Assembly (NCBI GenBank): GCA_039591175.1 | Contig: JBDHED010000001.1 | Coordinates: 452 to 64,451 of the forward strand | DNA length: 64,000 nt | Direction of reading: 5' to 3' | Origin: Gemmatimonadota bacterium | GTDB lineage: Bacteria > Gemmatimonadota > Gemmatimonadetes > JACCXV01 > JAHWKZ01 | In this document: one piece after another, positions 56,007-64,000 of the stretch | Position numbering within the stretch: position 1 is the first letter of the stretch | How the letters are laid out: each line of letters begins with the position of its first letter | Translations under genes and position numbers: made by a program | The notes under the pieces: model-generated | Database searches by the model: none | Told to the model about the DNA's origin: nothing | The model's input: the letters and a program-made list of their open reading frames with translations, nothing else

Positions 56007-58249
56007 CGGTCACGCTGCGAGATCCGGAAGTCACCCCCGACGTCGTTGCCGCCCACGGAATCACGACTGATGAGTACGAGCAGATCTGCACGCTCCTGGA
56101 CCGCGACCCGAACCTGACCGAGTTGGGCGTCTTCAGCCTCATGTGGAGCGAGCACTGCGGTTACAAACACTCCCGCGTTCATTTGGCGGAGTTGCCGTCC
56201 AGCGGACCGCGGGTACTGCAGGGCCCGGGTGAAAACGCTGGCGCGATCGACATCGGTGACGGGTTGGCGATCGTCTTCAAGATGGAGTCGCACAATCATC
56301 CCTCGGCGGTTGAACCCTACCAAGGTGCGGCCACCGGTGTGGGTGGCATCCTGCGTGATGTCTTCACCATGGGGGCGCGGCCGATAGCGCTGCTCAACAG
56401 CCTGCGCTTCGGAGAGCTTGACGACCCTCATGTTCGCTATCTCTTTCGACACGTCGTAGCCGGAATCGGCGACTACGGCAATTGCGTCGGGGTTCCCACC
56501 GTGGGTGGCGAGGTCGTTTTCGACAACGCCTATCGCGGCAATCCGCTTGTCAACGCGATGTGTGTGGGTCTCCTGGCATGCGACGATCTCATGCGTGGGT
56601 TTGCAAGCGGCCCCGGGAACGCTGTCTATGTACTCGGCGCATCGACCGGTCGCGACGGAATCCATGGCGCCAGCCTGCTTGCATCTGCCGAGCTCGGCGA
56701 CGATACCGCGGAGAGTCGACCGACGGTCCAGGTTGGCGACCCGTTCACGGAGAAGCTGCTGCTCGAAGCGACGCTGGAACTGATCGGCTCTGGGGTCGTG
56801 ATCGGCATCCAGGATATGGGCGCTGCGGGCCTGACGTCGTCGAGCAGCGAGATGGCGACCCGCGCCGGAACCGGGATGGAACTCGATGTCTCGCGTGTCC
56901 CGCGTCGCGAGCCCGGCATGTCTGCCTACGAAGTGCTTCTCTCTGAGTCGCAGGAACGGATGTTGGTCGTCGCCGATCCGCGTCGCGAGTCCGAACTCAT
57001 GACGATCGCCGACAAGTGGGACCTCGCCTGTACGCGAATCGGGTCGGTCACCGACGATGGCGTATGGCGCGTCTTCGAGGATCGCGATGAAGTGTGCGCG
57101 ATTCCAGTCGAGGCCCTGACGGAGGCGGTACCGCGGTACATGCGCGAGGTCGACCCGCCGGATTACCTGGCTTCGCTACACGCCTGGTCACCGGACCCCG
57201 GTTGGCTGGATGACATCGATCCGCTGACGGCGCTGACGACATTGATTTCCGCGCCAAGCCTGGCCAACAAGCGATGGGTGTTCGAGCAGTACGACCATCA
57301 TGTCAGGACCGCGACGGTCATCGGGCCGGGTGCCGACGCGGCTCTTCTGGCGATCAAAGGCACGAAACGCGGCTTGGCGCTCACTATTGATGGGAACGGG
57401 CGCTACGTCTTCTGCGATCCATATCGGGGTGGAGCGCTGGCGGTAGCCGAAGCCGCCCGCAACCTGACAGCGGTAGGCGCGACGCCGCTGGCGATCACCG
57501 ATTGTCTGAACTTCGGTAACCCGGAAAAGGACGACATCTACTATCAGTTTGTCGAGGCACTGAGGGGTATCGCAGACGCCTGCCGCAGCCTCGACACGCC
57601 AGTCGTGAGTGGCAATGTCTCGTTCTACAATCAGTCCAGCGCCGGCGCTGTGTACCCGACACCCACAATCGGGATGATTGGACTGTTGCGGGATATCGAG
57701 AAGCGCATCCCCCTGGGGCGAGCCGCGGCTGGGGATCGATTGCTGCTGGTCGGCGGTGACGGGGCTCACTTGGGTGCATCGTCGTTTCTCAAGGAAGTGC
57801 TCGGCGCGGTCACCGGAAGGCCTCCGGCGGTGGATTTGGGGGCCGAACGCAGAAACGCCGCGGAGATCCGGGCACTCAACGACGCGGGGTTGATCGGTAG
57901 CTGTCGCGACATCGGCGATGGTGGACTGGCGGTCGCCGCCGCGGAGTTGATGTTCGGCCTCGAATCCGGTCTCGGTGTCAAGCTCGAAACCCGAGATGAC
58001 ACCGATCTGCACGGCGAGCTCTTTGGCGAGGACGGCGCGCGTTATCTGGTCACCGTAGCCGACGAGAATGTGGCACAAGCTACCAGCCGCCTGGTGGAGC
58101 TGGACGTAGCGCATCGCGCTTGCGGGCGGGTTGTCGGCAGCGCCGCATACGACATCGTTGGTGTCGGAAGCGTCGATCGCGTTGCGCTGGAGGATCGTTG
58201 GAAGAACGCGATCCCGGACGCGATGCAGCTCTCGGAGTCGAACCGATGA
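56003..58249 (+). CDS. purL: Phosphoribosylformylglycinamidine synthase subunit PurL
   Basis: ...LMWSEHCGYKHSRVHL...ESHNHPSAVEPYQGAATGVGGILRDVFTMGARP... is PurL/FGAM synthase II collinear. Confidence 0.92.
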   Translation: MTVTLRDPEVTPDVVAAHGITTDEYEQICTLLDRDPNLTELGVFSLMWSEHCGYKHSRVHLAELPSSGPRVLQGPGENAGAIDIGDGLAIVFKMESHNHPSAVEPYQGAATGVGGILRDVFTMGARPIALLNSLRFGELDDPHVRYLFRHVVAGIGDYGNCVGVPTVGGEVVFDNAYRGNPLVNAMCVGLLACDDLMRGFASGPGNAVYVLGASTGRDGIHGASLLASAELGDDTAESRPTVQVGDPFTEKLLLEATLELIGSGVVIGIQDMGAAGLTSSSSEMATRAGTGMELDVSRVPRREPGMSAYEVLLSESQERMLVVADPRRESELMTIADKWDLACTRIGSVTDDGVWRVFEDRDEVCAIPVEALTEAVPRYMREVDPPDYLASLHAWSPDPGWLDDIDPLTALTTLISAPSLANKRWVFEQYDHHVRTATVIGPGADAALLAIKGTKRGLALTIDGNGRYVFCDPYRGGALAVAEAARNLTAVGATPLAITDCLNFGNPEKDDIYYQFVEALRGIADACRSLDTPVVSGNVSFYNQSSAGAVYPTPTIGMIGLLRDIEKRIPLGRAAAGDRLLLVGGDGAHLGASSFLKEVLGAVTGRPPAVDLGAERRNAAEIRALNDAGLIGSCRDIGDGGLAVAAAELMFGLESGLGVKLETRDDTDLHGELFGEDGARYLVTVADENVAQATSRLVELDVAHRACGRVVGSAAYDIVGVGSVDRVALEDRWKNAIPDAMQLSESNR

Positions 58250-59673
58250 GCGGCCCACGCGAAGAATGTGGCATCGTCGGGGTAACGAGCCACCGCCGCG
58301 CAGCCGAGTGGGTGTACCTGGGGCTCTACGCGCTTCAGCATCGGGGGCAGGAATCCGCTGGCATCGTCGCGGCGAATAGTGGTAACGCATTGGCGCGTCG
58401 AGGCATGGGGCTCGTAGCTGAAGTGTTCGACGAGGCCTCACTCGAGCGTCTCGAGGGGACGGCGGCGATCGGTCACAACCGGTACTCGACCACCGGGTCA
58501 CCGACCCTCGCCAACGCGCAGCCGATTTTGGTCAACTACCGGGACGGTTTTCTGGCCGTCGCTCACAACGGCAACCTCGTCAACGCGCGGACGCTCCGAA
58601 GCCGGCTCGAGGATGCCGGATCGATCTTCCAATCGACGATGGACACCGAGGTTCTAGTCCATTTGATCGCTGCGTCGCGTCAGCCGTCACGCGACTTGGC
58701 CGTTCTCGAAGCGCTCGACCAGCTGGCCGGCGCTTTCTCGTTCTTGATCCTCACACCCGATGCGCTGTATGCCACGCGCGATCCCTATGGGTTCCGGCCG
58801 CTCTCCGTCGGTCGTCGTGGCGAGACGGTGGTGGTCGCATCGGAGACTTGTGCGCTCGATCTCGTCGGTGCTCGGTTCGAGCGTGAGGTCGAGCCAGGCG
58901 AGGTCATCAAGGTGACCCCGGGCGGGAACGTGATGACCCTGCGACACGAACCTGCCGATGTCGAGTGCATGTGCGTTTTTGAGCAGATCTACTTTGCGCG
59001 GCCCGACTCGGTGGTGTTTGGCATGACCGCGGCAGACGCGCGGCGCGCTATGGGCCGCGAGCTCGCTCGTGAGCATCCCGCGAGTGGCGACTGTGTGTTC
59101 TCCGTTCCCGATTCGAGCAATGCGGCGGCCGCTGGTTTCGCCGAGCAGAGCGGCCTGCCGCTAGAGCATGGCCTGATCCGCAACCACTACATCGGTCGAA
59201 CGTTCATACAGCCGGCTCAAGACGTGCGCGATTTCGGTGTCAAGATCAAGTACAATCCGGTGACGAGCGTCATCAAGGGGCAGCGGGTAGTAATCGTAGA
59301 CGACTCGATCGTCCGGGGGACTACCTCGGGCGCGTTGGTGCGACTCGTTCGCGGGGCCGGTGCACGAGAGGTTCACTTGAGGATCGCATCGCCACCGTTA
59401 CGCCACCCCTGCTACTACGGGATCGACATCCCCAAGCGATCGGAGTTGGTAGCCGCGCAGATGTCAACCGACGAGATCGCCGAGCGGGTCGGAGCCGACT
59501 CGCTGGCGTATCTGTCGTTTGACGGGCTCTACCGGGCAGTAGGGGCTCGCGACCGCCATTGCGATGCTTGCTTTAGCGGGAACTATCGGGTATCGGTTGA
59601 ACCTGGGATCGACGACAAGGCGGCTTTCGAGCCAACGATCGCGACGGGGGTCCCTTCCCCGCTCGGGCGATAA
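58246..59673 (+). CDS. purF: Amidophosphoribosyltransferase
   Basis: MSGPREECGIVGV... has the N-terminal nucleophile Cys. ...VVIVDDSIVRGTTSGALVRLVRGAGAREVH is the PRTase motif. The ATG overlaps the purL stop (ATGA). Confidence 0.92.
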   Translation: MSGPREECGIVGVTSHRRAAEWVYLGLYALQHRGQESAGIVAANSGNALARRGMGLVAEVFDEASLERLEGTAAIGHNRYSTTGSPTLANAQPILVNYRDGFLAVAHNGNLVNARTLRSRLEDAGSIFQSTMDTEVLVHLIAASRQPSRDLAVLEALDQLAGAFSFLILTPDALYATRDPYGFRPLSVGRRGETVVVASETCALDLVGARFEREVEPGEVIKVTPGGNVMTLRHEPADVECMCVFEQIYFARPDSVVFGMTAADARRAMGRELAREHPASGDCVFSVPDSSNAAAAGFAEQSGLPLEHGLIRNHYIGRTFIQPAQDVRDFGVKIKYNPVTSVIKGQRVVIVDDSIVRGTTSGALVRLVRGAGAREVHLRIASPPLRHPCYYGIDIPKRSELVAAQMSTDEIAERVGADSLAYLSFDGLYRAVGARDRHCDACFSGNYRVSVEPGIDDKAAFEPTIATGVPSPLGR

Positions 59674-59688
59674 CGGACGGGAGGCACT

Positions 59689-60144
59689 GTGCCAGTAAGA
59701 CATCGTCGCTATGGGGGAACACCCCAGACTGCGCTCGCGGATTACATCAAGCAAAATTCTCGGCGCTGGATCGAGGCGTGGCTTGATGCCGTCAAGACCG
59801 ACGGGGGCACGGAGCATTATCACAACGTCGAGGATACCGCGGAGCTGATCCGCGACACCGAGGCCCTTTATCACTATCTGGCGTTATGGCTCCGCACTGC
59901 CAAGTGGGACTCGCGGATCGATCCCCATTACGAACGGATCGGGCGTTGCCGGCGCGAGGCCGGCTTTCCGTTGAACGAAGTCATTCGCGCCAGCTTGCTC
60001 GCCAAGCGCCACTTGTGGGACGGAATTGCCGCCGGTTGTCAGTTGTCTACGGGGTTGGAGCTCGAGGCATCGAAAGCGATCGGGTGGTTCTACGACCGAG
60101 CGATCTACCACACCATCGTCGGCTACGAGCAGGACCAGGACTAA
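59689..60144 (+). CDS. Hypothetical all-helical protein (possibly RsbRD_N-like sensory domain)
   Basis: GTG start preceded by GGGAGG. MPVRHRRYGGTPQTALADYIKQNSRRWIEAWLDAV...PLNEVIRASLLAKRHLWDGIA... No firm family assignment. Confidence 0.45.
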   Translation: MPVRHRRYGGTPQTALADYIKQNSRRWIEAWLDAVKTDGGTEHYHNVEDTAELIRDTEALYHYLALWLRTAKWDSRIDPHYERIGRCRREAGFPLNEVIRASLLAKRHLWDGIAAGCQLSTGLELEASKAIGWFYDRAIYHTIVGYEQDQD

Positions 60145-60326
60145 GGCTTGTCCCGAGGCGCTTCGGGCTCCACGATCTCAACCCCATTCTCGATCGTCGT
60201 CGGCCTGTTGTCACCCTCCCGCAGCAGATGATCCACGTAAAGAACGGTTGCCAAGACAACGATCAGCGCTACCAGAGCCACCGCCCACGAGCTCGGACGG
60301 CTATGCATCGTTCTCGTTACCTCCAC
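60141..60326 (-). CDS. Possible small single-TM protein (61 aa)
   Basis: MEVTRTMHSRPSSWAVALVALIVVLATVLYVDHLL... It overlaps its neighbours at both ends, so it could be an artefact. Confidence 0.2.
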   Translation of the reverse strand: MEVTRTMHSRPSSWAVALVALIVVLATVLYVDHLLREGDNRPTTIENGVEIVEPEAPRDKP

Positions 60327-60711
60327 CGATCGCCGAGCGGCGCATCGCCTGTCGAATCGCGGCAGTCAACTCCGATACCGCTGGCATGGGACGCTGATAG
60401 CCAACGACCCGGTATGCCCAGTTTGACTCTGTAGTCAGGATCTGAACGCCAAACACCGTCCGCTGGACGTCCAGCACGCGGTCCCACGGAATCCGCCGAT
60501 AACGCCACAGATACTTGACACCGAGGTCCTTCGGGCCGACACGGATGGCTGGGGCCACGTACGCCCCCAAACCGACACTGAAGAGCGACCACAGCAAAAT
60601 GAACCAACGATGGACAAAAACGTCGATCGAAAAGAGGTAGAGGAAAAGCACAGCGCTACCGAAGAACCACCCCTTTAGCAACCATCGTACTACCGGGTAC
60701 GCAAACTCCAT
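60301..60711 (-). CDS. Membrane-anchored bacterial PH-like domain protein
   Basis: Two N-terminal TM helices (WFFGSAVLFLYLFSI, WFILLWSLFSVGLGAYV), then ...LGVKYLWRYRRIPWDRVLDVQRTVFGVQILTTESNWAYRVVGYQRP, which is bPH-like. Confidence 0.45.
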   Translation of the reverse strand: MEFAYPVVRWLLKGWFFGSAVLFLYLFSIDVFVHRWFILLWSLFSVGLGAYVAPAIRVGPKDLGVKYLWRYRRIPWDRVLDVQRTVFGVQILTTESNWAYRVVGYQRPMPAVSELTAAIRQAMRRSAIGGGNENDA

Positions 60712-60713
60712 GG

Positions 60714-62849
60714 CTACGCCTCTCGCTCGATGAGCGCGAAGTCGATCTGACGAGCGTCCTTGTTGACAGACTCAACCGATACCCGAACGGGGTCGGCTAG
60801 CCGAAACCGACGTCCCTTGTTCTGGCCGAGCAGCGCGTAATGATCCTCGTTGAACTCGTAGTAGTCATCATCGAGCCCGCTGACGTGCACCAGGCCGTCG
60901 ACAAAGTAGTCATCGAGCCGAACGAAGAACCCAAATGAGCGCACGCGGCTAATGCAGCCAGAAAACTCGTCTCCTATGTGGCGTTCCATGAACTCGACTT
61001 TTTTCAGATCGATCGAGTCGCGCTCGGCGTCATCGGCGACCCGCTCTCGAAGCGATGTGTGTTGGGCGGTTTTCTCGAGTCTGGTGATCAACCGTTCTCG
61101 CCGCGCAGAGTCCTTCCAACGTTCCCCGGAGTTGTGGCGCTTCAAGACCCGATGTACGACCAGATCGGGATAGCGGCGAATCGGTGACGTAAAGTGTCCG
61201 TAGTGCTCGGCAGCGAGACCGAAATGGCCGCTATTCTCGACCTGATAACTGGCCCTCATCATAGAAGTAAGAACGACGCTATTGGTTAGTTCTTCCTCGG
61301 GTTTGCCCTTGACATCAGAAAGAAGCTTGGCCAGGTGTTGCGGTTCGATCTCGCTTCCGCGACCCGTTAGCGGGCAACCACAGACAGCGGCAAAACGACG
61401 GATTCGCTCGACCTTCTCCGGGGATGGTCGTTCGTGGACCCGGTAGATGAACGGGATCTTGTGCTCGCTCGCATGCCGAGCGACGATCTCGTTGGCCAGT
61501 AGCATGAACTCTTCGATCAACCGCATGCTGTCGAGGCGCACCTTCTCATTGATGTTGATCGGGAATCCATCTTCGTCGAGCTCGACGGCCGCCTCGGGTA
61601 GATCGAAATCGAGACTGCCGCGCTCGGCACGCCGGCTTCGTAGCACCTTGGCGAGTCGCCTCAGCGTCTGCAGCTCCCACATGACCTCCTTGTGCTCCTC
61701 GACCTCGGGCTCGCTTTTGATCATCGCCTGGGCCTCGACGTAGTTCAGCCGAAACCGACTCCGGATCACCGTCTCGGCGATCTTGTAGTCCCGTACGTTG
61801 GCTTCACCATCGACGGTCGCGATGACCGAGTACGTGAGCCGATCCTTGTTTGGCACAAGCGAGCACAGGTCGTTCGACAGGCGCTCGGGAAGCATCGGGA
61901 TGACCCGGTCCACCAGATAGATCGACGTCGCGCGCTCGTAGGCTTCCTCGTCGATTTCACTGTCCATCCCCACGTAGTGGCTCACGTCCGCGATATGGAT
62001 GCCGATCTCGTATAGATCGTCGTCAAGTTGTCGCACCGACAGCGCATCGTCGAAATCCTTGGCGTCTGCCGGGTCGATCGTAAACGCGACCCTGTCTCGC
62101 AGGTCCAGGCGGCGGCCAGCTTCGAGCTCCAAATCCACGCTGATTTCCGTCGCCGCAGACTCGACGTCGGCAGGAAACTCGGTATCGAGCCCATGGCCCA
62201 TGATGATCGACAGGATATCGACCCCCGGGGTGTCAGCATCACCCAGGACTTCGGTGATCCGTCCCTCGGGGCTCTTCGTACCATCTCCCCAGTCGTCGAT
62301 CGTCGCGACGACCTTTTGTCCCTCGCTAGCGTTCTGCAAGTGCTCAGCCGCCACAAACACGTCGAATCGGAGGCGTGGGTTGTCGGGGCGAACAAAACCG
62401 AAGTGCTTTCCGTGCTGGAGCGTTCCGACGACCTTGGTCCTGGCGCGCTCGAGAACGCGGATCACCTGGCCCTCGGGATTCCCGGCGCGCCGGCGATGCT
62501 CGGTCCGCGCGACGACGCGATCCCCGTGGCGAGCCCCGGCGAGTCTGTGCGACGGCACGAAGATGTCCGCACCCGGGACCCGTCGCTCCGGGACCACAAA
62601 CCCGGCTCCCCCACGAGTCCCATCGAGACGCCCTACCACCAAGTTGATCTGCTCCGGCAAGGCGTAGCGCTGGCCCTTGATCCGGTAGATCGCACCTTCC
62701 TCGGTGAGACGAGCGAGCGTGGCTTTGAGGGCTTGATATCCGTCGTCGCCAACCCCGAGGCCGCGTGCGATCTCCTTTAGCTTGAGCGGTCGTTTGGCAC
62801 GCTCTCCGAGGTGTTCGACGATCCGGGGTTCGAGCACGTCATCGCTCAA
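60714..62849 (-). CDS. rnr: Ribonuclease R (RNB-family 3'-5' exoribonuclease with C-terminal S1 domain)
   Basis: ...HFGLAAEHYGHFTSPIRRYPDLVVHRVLK... is the RNB motif. C-terminal S1 segment ...GCISRVRSFGFFVRLDDYFVDGLVHVSGLDDDYYEF... The start is probably a TTG/GTG overlapping the Trm112-like stop. Confidence 0.9.
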   Translation of the reverse strand: MSDDVLEPRIVEHLGERAKRPLKLKEIARGLGVGDDGYQALKATLARLTEEGAIYRIKGQRYALPEQINLVVGRLDGTRGGAGFVVPERRVPGADIFVPSHRLAGARHGDRVVARTEHRRRAGNPEGQVIRVLERARTKVVGTLQHGKHFGFVRPDNPRLRFDVFVAAEHLQNASEGQKVVATIDDWGDGTKSPEGRITEVLGDADTPGVDILSIIMGHGLDTEFPADVESAATEISVDLELEAGRRLDLRDRVAFTIDPADAKDFDDALSVRQLDDDLYEIGIHIADVSHYVGMDSEIDEEAYERATSIYLVDRVIPMLPERLSNDLCSLVPNKDRLTYSVIATVDGEANVRDYKIAETVIRSRFRLNYVEAQAMIKSEPEVEEHKEVMWELQTLRRLAKVLRSRRAERGSLDFDLPEAAVELDEDGFPININEKVRLDSMRLIEEFMLLANEIVARHASEHKIPFIYRVHERPSPEKVERIRRFAAVCGCPLTGRGSEIEPQHLAKLLSDVKGKPEEELTNSVVLTSMMRASYQVENSGHFGLAAEHYGHFTSPIRRYPDLVVHRVLKRHNSGERWKDSARRERLITRLEKTAQHTSLRERVADDAERDSIDLKKVEFMERHIGDEFSGCISRVRSFGFFVRLDDYFVDGLVHVSGLDDDYYEFNEDHYALLGQNKGRRFRLADPVRVSVESVNKDARQIDFALIEREA

Positions 62850-63013
62850 AAGGATTCGGCTTCGTCGATCAACATGATCGGGATGTCGTCTTTGATCGGA
62901 TAACGCAACCGGCAGGCGGCACATTCGAGCACCTGTTCGCTCTCCTTGTACTCGAGGTCCCCTTTGCACTTGGGGCACGCCAGGATCTCGAGCAACTCCT
63001 TGTCTAGGGCCAT
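62846..63013 (-). CDS. Trm112/YcaR-like small zinc-ribbon protein (UPF0434), 55 aa. It is absent from the ORF track because it is shorter than 60 aa
   Basis: Reverse-strand translation from ATG 63013 gives MALDKELLEILACPKCKGDLEYKESEQVLECAACRLRYPIKDDIPIMLIDEAESF-stop. This is collinear with the E. coli YcaR/Trm112-like sequence (LLEILVCPVCKGKLEY...CKACGLAYPIRDGIPVML). Confidence 0.7.
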   Translation of the reverse strand: MALDKELLEILACPKCKGDLEYKESEQVLECAACRLRYPIKDDIPIMLIDEAESF

Positions 63014-63056
63014 CGAAGGCTCCTTTCTGTGCTATTGTTCGATCGATCGATGCAAC

Positions 63057-63956
63057 TCATGGCTTGTAGCCGAAGAACTTGAGGTCCGCTTCGCGTCGTG
63101 ACCACTTTTTCCTGACCTTGACCTGTAACGATAGGTGAACCGGGCCACCGATCAGCGCCTCGATTGCCCGACGGGCTCGGATCCCGATCGCCTTCACCTT
63201 CTTTCCCCCTTGTCCGATTACCATCCCCTTCTGGCTTTCGCGCTCGACATACAGCGTTGCCGCCAGCGCGGTCTTTCTCCCGTCGTCGCTCGGCTCGGTC
63301 CAATCGGTCACCACGGCGTGAACACTGTACGGAAGCTCTGCGCCCAGCTCTCGATAACACGCCTCTCGAATGAGTTCTCCGCCCAAGAACCGGAGACTCA
63401 GATCAGTCAGGTCTTCTTCGGGATAGAAGAACGGTTGCTCGGGCAACAACTGGCGGGTGGCCGTGAGCAACTCGCCGACTCCTTCGCCCGTAGTCGCGCT
63501 CACCGAGTAACATCCGGCCCACGAGAACGCGGGAGCCCATGCCGACGTTCTGCGATCGAGCACATCTCGGGGTGCCCGGTCCGACTTGGTGAGCACGAGG
63601 AAGACCGGTGCGGGTTCGTTCTGGAGCGACGTCAACAGCTTGCGCTCTGGCTCGGAGACTTCGTCCCCATCGACCAGCCAGTAGATCGCGTCGACACCCT
63701 CGATGGCTGCCCGGGCGCTCTCGACCATCGCCGTCTGTAATGCGTACCCCGGTTCGAGCAGGCCAGGCGTATCCACGAACACGATCTGGGTGTTTGCCTC
63801 GACGCGGAAGCCAGATATCCGATGACGGGTTGTCTGCGCCTTGGGGCTGACCGCCGCGAGGTGCACCCCGACGAGTCGGTTGAGCAGCGTCGACTTGCCG
63901 ACGTTCGGTCGACCGATCAGCGCCACGAAGCCTGCGTGGGTCGTTTGGGGGTTCAT
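63057..63956 (-). CDS. era: GTPase Era
   Basis: ...GFVALIGRPNVGKSTLLNRLVG...DTPGLLEP..., G1-G4 motifs plus a C-terminal KH domain. Confidence 0.92.
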   Translation of the reverse strand: MNPQTTHAGFVALIGRPNVGKSTLLNRLVGVHLAAVSPKAQTTRHRISGFRVEANTQIVFVDTPGLLEPGYALQTAMVESARAAIEGVDAIYWLVDGDEVSEPERKLLTSLQNEPAPVFLVLTKSDRAPRDVLDRRTSAWAPAFSWAGCYSVSATTGEGVGELLTATRQLLPEQPFFYPEEDLTDLSLRFLGGELIREACYRELGAELPYSVHAVVTDWTEPSDDGRKTALAATLYVERESQKGMVIGQGGKKVKAIGIRARRAIEALIGGPVHLSLQVKVRKKWSRREADLKFFGYKP

Positions 63957-64000
63957 CGCGAGGAATCGTAATAGATTGTCATTTATCGTGTTGCGTGCTT

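Overview
This is a high-GC bacterial chromosomal window. The first ~50 kb is almost all minus-strand genes and the last ~14 kb mostly plus-strand; no rRNA, tRNA, CRISPR array or mobile element was recognised. Several features point to a diderm lineage: a TonB-like gene, an LpoA-like TPR lipoprotein, and a subtilase ending in a T9SS/Por-type C-terminal sorting domain. This suggests an FCB-group, Gemmatimonadota or Rhodothermota-like organism, but that is only an inference. Most of the window is housekeeping. Recognised genes are leuS, dapF, nusB, ribD/E/BA/H, purM, argS, a propionyl-CoA carboxylase plus methylmalonyl-CoA mutase block (pccB, accC, BCCP, mutase large subunit), rpsA, cmk, panC, panB, folK, folB, truA, htrA, purC/S/Q/L/F, rnr and era.

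The most unusual region is the left edge (1-3115). It holds a tightly coupled minus-strand operon: EutL-like BMC-T shell protein, EutK-like BMC-H shell protein with a C-terminal winged-helix-like domain, a canonical ParA/MinD-family ATPase, a 107-aa unknown protein, and a PTA_PTB phosphotransacylase that runs off the window. This is the downstream end of a bacterial-microcompartment (metabolosome) locus. The ParA-family ATPase and its small coupled partner are embedded in it, which is reminiscent of the carboxysome McdAB positioning system. No such system is known to me for a eut/pdu-type metabolosome.

Other observations worth a second look:
- An 11-kb extracytoplasmic glycosylation island: CsbB/GtrB-like polyprenyl-phosphate glycosyltransferase, Ppm1-like GT2, an MprF-type flippase-like TM domain protein, an 800-aa YfhO-like GT-C transferase, two GT4s and two SAM methyltransferases. 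It sits next to a 5'-truncated Na+/H+ antiporter remnant.
- A DksA/TraR zinc-finger protein fused to a roughly 100-aa histone-H1-like lysine-rich tandem repeat.
- An overlapping HEAT-repeat / HD-GYP gene pair with paralogous N-terminal domains.
- A lexA whose DNA-binding helix-turn-helix appears deleted and frameshifted.
- A GlmU-like gene lacking most of the acetyltransferase domain.
- A 55-aa Trm112-like ORF missed by the ORF track.
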